From positions 1 to 45,138 of IMG/VR virus record IMGVR_UViG_3300037467_000875: a stretch of DNA of 45,138 bases; one strand, written 5' to 3'. Below the pieces are notes generated by a model. That model was given only the letters and a program-made list of their open reading frames with translations. It was not told the DNA's origin and did not search any database. Positions 42,377 through 45,138 of this stretch are shown in pieces (within the stretch, counting starts at the first letter, position 1; every line of letters starts with the position of its first letter). This DNA comes from a virus. Taxonomy: Duplodnaviria > Caudoviricetes. The position numbers and the translations under genes were made by a program.

Positions 42377-42515
42377 GACTCAACCAATTTGTAAGTCGGA
42401 CGAGCCACCTTGGAGTAGCCTCGTCATAGTGGAACCACTTGTGCCCACGTTCACGAATGCAAATTCGATGCCATTGCATTGTGCCACCGAAATCAGTTTC
42501 GCAGAATTCATCCAT
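42366..42515 (-). CDS. Small hypothetical protein (49 aa)
   Basis: MDEFCETD..C.R..GH...H; fills the gap between the terminase subunits, overlapping both. Confidence 0.45.
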   Translation of the reverse strand: MDEFCETDFGGTMQWHRICIRERGHKWFHYDEATPRWLVRLTNWLSRAS

Positions 42516-43122
42516 TGATGACCACCGGAGCCTCCAGCTCCTCCGTGACTCGCTTCTCCAGCCGACTCGACAGATTGGCTTCCCTCTGGAATTCATCAAG
42601 AAGAAGCGCCCGTGCCTTCGAGACGCCCTCTGCATCGAGTCCCATGCGCATGACGACAGCCATGAGGATACGAATAATAAGTTCCGTCTGAGCACGACCC
42701 AGGGAGACAATCTTCTCCTCCAGAGCCATCTTGGAAACGTCCTTCAGGACACGTGCAGCCCTGTCCTGAGCACGCTCGTAGAGACCGACCTCCATACGCG
42801 TCTGCTCACCGGAAGTCTTGTGAGAATACCGCCAGTCCGCAGGGTCGAGATCAAAGAGCATCTTCTTAGTGTGCTCCTGGAACCCGATGATTTCCCCAAG
42901 GATCTTATCCATCTTCTCCAGAGCAGAAGTGTGATAGTCCTTATCGGGAACCTCAGCCCGCCTCTGGATCTCCTGCTCTAGATCTGCCTCTGTAAAAAGC
43001 ACTCCGCTCTTGATTCGCTCTAGCGCGTGCTGCTGTCCACGAGGAGTAGAGAGGTGTGGAGTACAGAAATCGAATCCGATAACCTTGCTACCCCTGCAAG
43101 TAGAGTCAAACTCACAGTCCAT
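42508..43122 (-). CDS. Probable terminase small subunit
   Basis: GGAGG RBS; N-terminal C..C..C..H; LYERA.DR motif; first gene after a terminator, upstream of terL. Confidence 0.6.
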   Translation of the reverse strand: MDCEFDSTCRGSKVIGFDFCTPHLSTPRGQQHALERIKSGVLFTEADLEQEIQRRAEVPDKDYHTSALEKMDKILGEIIGFQEHTKKMLFDLDPADWRYSHKTSGEQTRMEVGLYERAQDRAARVLKDVSKMALEEKIVSLGRAQTELIIRILMAVVMRMGLDAEGVSKARALLLDEFQREANLSSRLEKRVTEELEAPVVING

Positions 43123-43150
43123 GCCTCCACTCTACTTGATTTAGGACAAC

Positions 43151-43181
43151 AAAAAAGCCCCACCCCCTAAGGGGTGAGGCT
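43151..43181 (-). terminator. Intrinsic terminator
   Basis: Minus-strand AGCCTCACCCC-TTAG-GGGGTGGGGCT then TTTTT. Confidence 0.88.
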
Positions 43182-43190
43182 CTTTGTGCT

Positions 43191-43817
43191 CTAGGATGCT
43201 CTGGAGTTGTAGTACCGCTTAATTAGCGGGTCCTGTTCCCATTCATAAAGTTCCCTCAGTATCTCGGGAGTGATCTGGACTCGGGAGCCATCCCATGCAA
43301 TGCCGCCGTGTGATAGTGCATGTCTAATGCGAGACATTCGACGGCGCTTTTTCTCCCGTTCCTTCTTCTTTTTTGCTTCTTTCTCTGCCATTTCGTCTAT
43401 CTCGAACTGAGTATAGACTCTGACATTCTCAGTTCTAGGGTATCCTAGCTGGTCATCAAGGTCGTGAAGCTTCGCATACTCATCTGGAGTGAAACCTCCT
43501 CTCTCTTTAGCACGATCCATAAGCCGCTTACGATTGGTCCTTAGGACACTGCGCTTATTTCGACGTGCCTTCTGAGCTGGACTCAGGTTCTTGTACTCTT
43601 TGTGTTTCTTTTTCCGCTTGGGAGTTGTCGCTGGTTCTGGCTTGATGGATTCAGGGAGGATACCCATCATGTCCAGGAAGAGTACGAACTCGTCTGCGTC
43701 CTTTGCGAACCCGGCTACAACCTTACGTGCCTTCAGAATATCGTCATCTTCGAGTGGGTCAGGACTGATCATGCTCTCAGTCCCGAACCCAACGCTCTTT
43801 GAGTCGATCTTATTCAC
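43191..43817 (-). CDS. Basic hypothetical protein
   Basis: 208 aa, Lys/Arg-rich; adjacent to the upstream gene. Confidence 0.7.
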   Translation of the reverse strand: MNKIDSKSVGFGTESMISPDPLEDDDILKARKVVAGFAKDADEFVLFLDMMGILPESIKPEPATTPKRKKKHKEYKNLSPAQKARRNKRSVLRTNRKRLMDRAKERGGFTPDEYAKLHDLDDQLGYPRTENVRVYTQFEIDEMAEKEAKKKKEREKKRRRMSRIRHALSHGGIAWDGSRVQITPEILRELYEWEQDPLIKRYYNSRAS

Positions 43818-44474
43818 TTAGTTCGTTCCTGAAACAGGCTCCGGAAGGATCGGAGCGTCCTCATCGTCGTCGTCACGCCGGTGGTCACAGTACGGGCACC
43901 ACGGCTGAAGCCGAATGTGGGTCATGTTCAGCACGCCGAGGAAGCTCATCCCGATTCCCGCATAGAGGAAGAGTCCAAACGAAGTGTAGACCATCCAATT
44001 GAGATCGAAGATGACTCCAACTGGCAATGCGATCATAGCCAGAGGGAAGCTGAGAGCCACACCCACAATAGGAACGAAGAAGATTTTCTGCTTGTCGTCC
44101 AACTTGTGAAGGGCCCGAAGGTAGAAATCCTGCTTCTTTACCTCAGCTTGTGGGTCAAGTGGGAACTTACCGAAGCAAATTGCACAGAGATTGTCGTTGT
44201 GCCGCCATGCCTGGATGATCCCAAACAGCAACTTAGGAAAGATAAACATGGACGGAATGAGGAAGAAGATAAGGACCCTAGCAACCCAAACGTTCCACGA
44301 AAGGATGCCATGTGGAGACTGGATTACAATAAAGAGGAAGATAAAGTAGTACGAAAGAGACACTGTGAAGCCAAGTGTGAACGCCCATGGATGGTGCGCC
44401 GCACGTGAACCCCACTTCCGCGCGTTCTTTTGTGCCTTTTCTTTGCGCTCTTCCTTGCTCTTTCGAAACTTCAT
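43818..44474 (-). CDS. Membrane protein with Cys/His motifs
   Basis: Four TM helices, H...C..C and H.RLQPWCPYC motifs; start at MKFRKS (ATGA overlap) or upstream at 44522. Confidence 0.7.
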   Translation of the reverse strand: MKFRKSKEERKEKAQKNARKWGSRAAHHPWAFTLGFTVSLSYYFIFLFIVIQSPHGILSWNVWVARVLIFFLIPSMFIFPKLLFGIIQAWRHNDNLCAICFGKFPLDPQAEVKKQDFYLRALHKLDDKQKIFFVPIVGVALSFPLAMIALPVGVIFDLNWMVYTSFGLFLYAGIGMSFLGVLNMTHIRLQPWCPYCDHRRDDDDEDAPILPEPVSGTN

Positions 44475-44668
44475 CCCAGCTCCATCCATAGTGTAATGAG
44501 TAACCCCACTAGGATCACCCACACGATGACTCCGAAGTGAAAGTCTACCAGACGTGCGAAGTCATTGGCAACTGGATGACTCTTAAAGGTTCTATCTATG
44601 GGATCGTCACTAGGTTCCTCTTCCCAGTGCCAAATCTCGCCATCTTCGCCAATTTCTGTATACTTCAT
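44471..44668 (-). CDS. Small membrane protein
   Basis: ATGA coupling on both sides; C-terminal hydrophobic helix. Confidence 0.6.
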   Translation of the reverse strand: MKYTEIGEDGEIWHWEEEPSDDPIDRTFKSHPVANDFARLVDFHFGVIVWVILVGLLITLWMELG

Positions 44669-44958
44669 GCGGATTCAGCTACTTCACGGTGCACATGTGG
44701 TCGCTCGGCAGGGCAGTGCAGCCATCCACGGCGGATTGCTTCTGCGTAAAGTCCGGCGTCCGTGTTGGTGTTGGTTTCGTACTTTGCCTTAGCCAGGTCG
44801 ATATACACAGCGTTGATTCCCCTTCCAAGTTCCTTAGCGATTTCCCGAACACCCATGTCTCGTGCAAGGCACTGCAAGATCTCGTCGCGCCGCTTCTCGT
44901 AGTTCTTGTAAGCCTCAGGCTTCGACGGAGGCAACCACGGAGTCTTGTTGTCAGTCAC
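44665..44958 (-). CDS. LuxR-type helix-turn-helix protein
   Basis: R.EIL..LA..M...EIA.ELG.....V......A.RRGWL pattern; GGGAG RBS before GTG. Confidence 0.75.
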   Translation of the reverse strand: MTDNKTPWLPPSKPEAYKNYEKRRDEILQCLARDMGVREIAKELGRGINAVYIDLAKAKYETNTNTDAGLYAEAIRRGWLHCPAERPHVHREVAESA

Positions 44959-45138
44959 AATACTGCTCCCTAACCCTCACTGCTGCTGCGAAAGCTTCTT
45001 CATAACTGTAGATTGCAGCATGGTTTGTCACTCTAATCTTGGCATCTGTATCTGTCTCTAGGAAGTCAACTCGATACACGAAGATACCACGTGAAACCTG
45101 TTCTACCTCTGTACCGATCCAGATGTATTTTGGTTTCT
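44951..45138 (-). CDS. Hypothetical protein, 5' truncated by the window edge
   Basis: Open frame KPKYIWIGTE..AAAVRVREQYCD* ending in overlap with the next GTG. Confidence 0.55.
   Translation of the reverse strand, partial: KPKYIWIGTEVEQVSRGIFVYRVDFLETDTDAKIRVTNHAAIYSYEEAFAAAVRVREQYCD

Noticed and set aside
1-45138. Prophage status (integrase, repressor, att site, host flanks)
   Set aside because: None recognised; lifestyle cannot be determined from this window

Overview
The window is a large part of a tailed dsDNA phage genome, siphovirus-like with a Mu-like head module. The host is probably an actinobacterium, judging by the Rpf, the DUF6131-like gene, the lysin type and the protein motifs. 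On the minus strand, read right to left, it carries accessory genes including a LuxR-type HTH, small and large terminase, portal, a papain-like peptidase, protease/scaffold, capsid, head-tail joining and tail genes. The tail genes include a -1 frameshifted chaperone and a tape measure protein with a lytic transglycosylase domain. These are followed by four membrane/holin genes and a replication module with its own promoter (Cas4-like nuclease, AAA ATPase, SSB, DUF3987-type helicase, UDG-PolA fusion, RuvC-like resolvase). Next come a GH25 endolysin and an operon for secreted NlpC/P60 and Rpf-LysM proteins followed by MazG. The plus strand carries an NTP-PPase-like gene, a SNF2 helicase, a four-gene tail-fibre-like cassette inverted relative to the other structural genes, and a 1.3 kb transcription unit (2708-4037). 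In that unit three tRNAs (Asn, Asp, Pro) punctuate at least six unannotated, strongly structured RNA elements. Several end in CCA, and one can fold as a 3'-terminal pseudoknot with alanine identity elements. This RNA array is the best candidate for an undescribed system; the Rpf plus NlpC/P60 operon is second. No integrase or CRISPR array was seen. All folds and family calls were made by eye and no searches were run.
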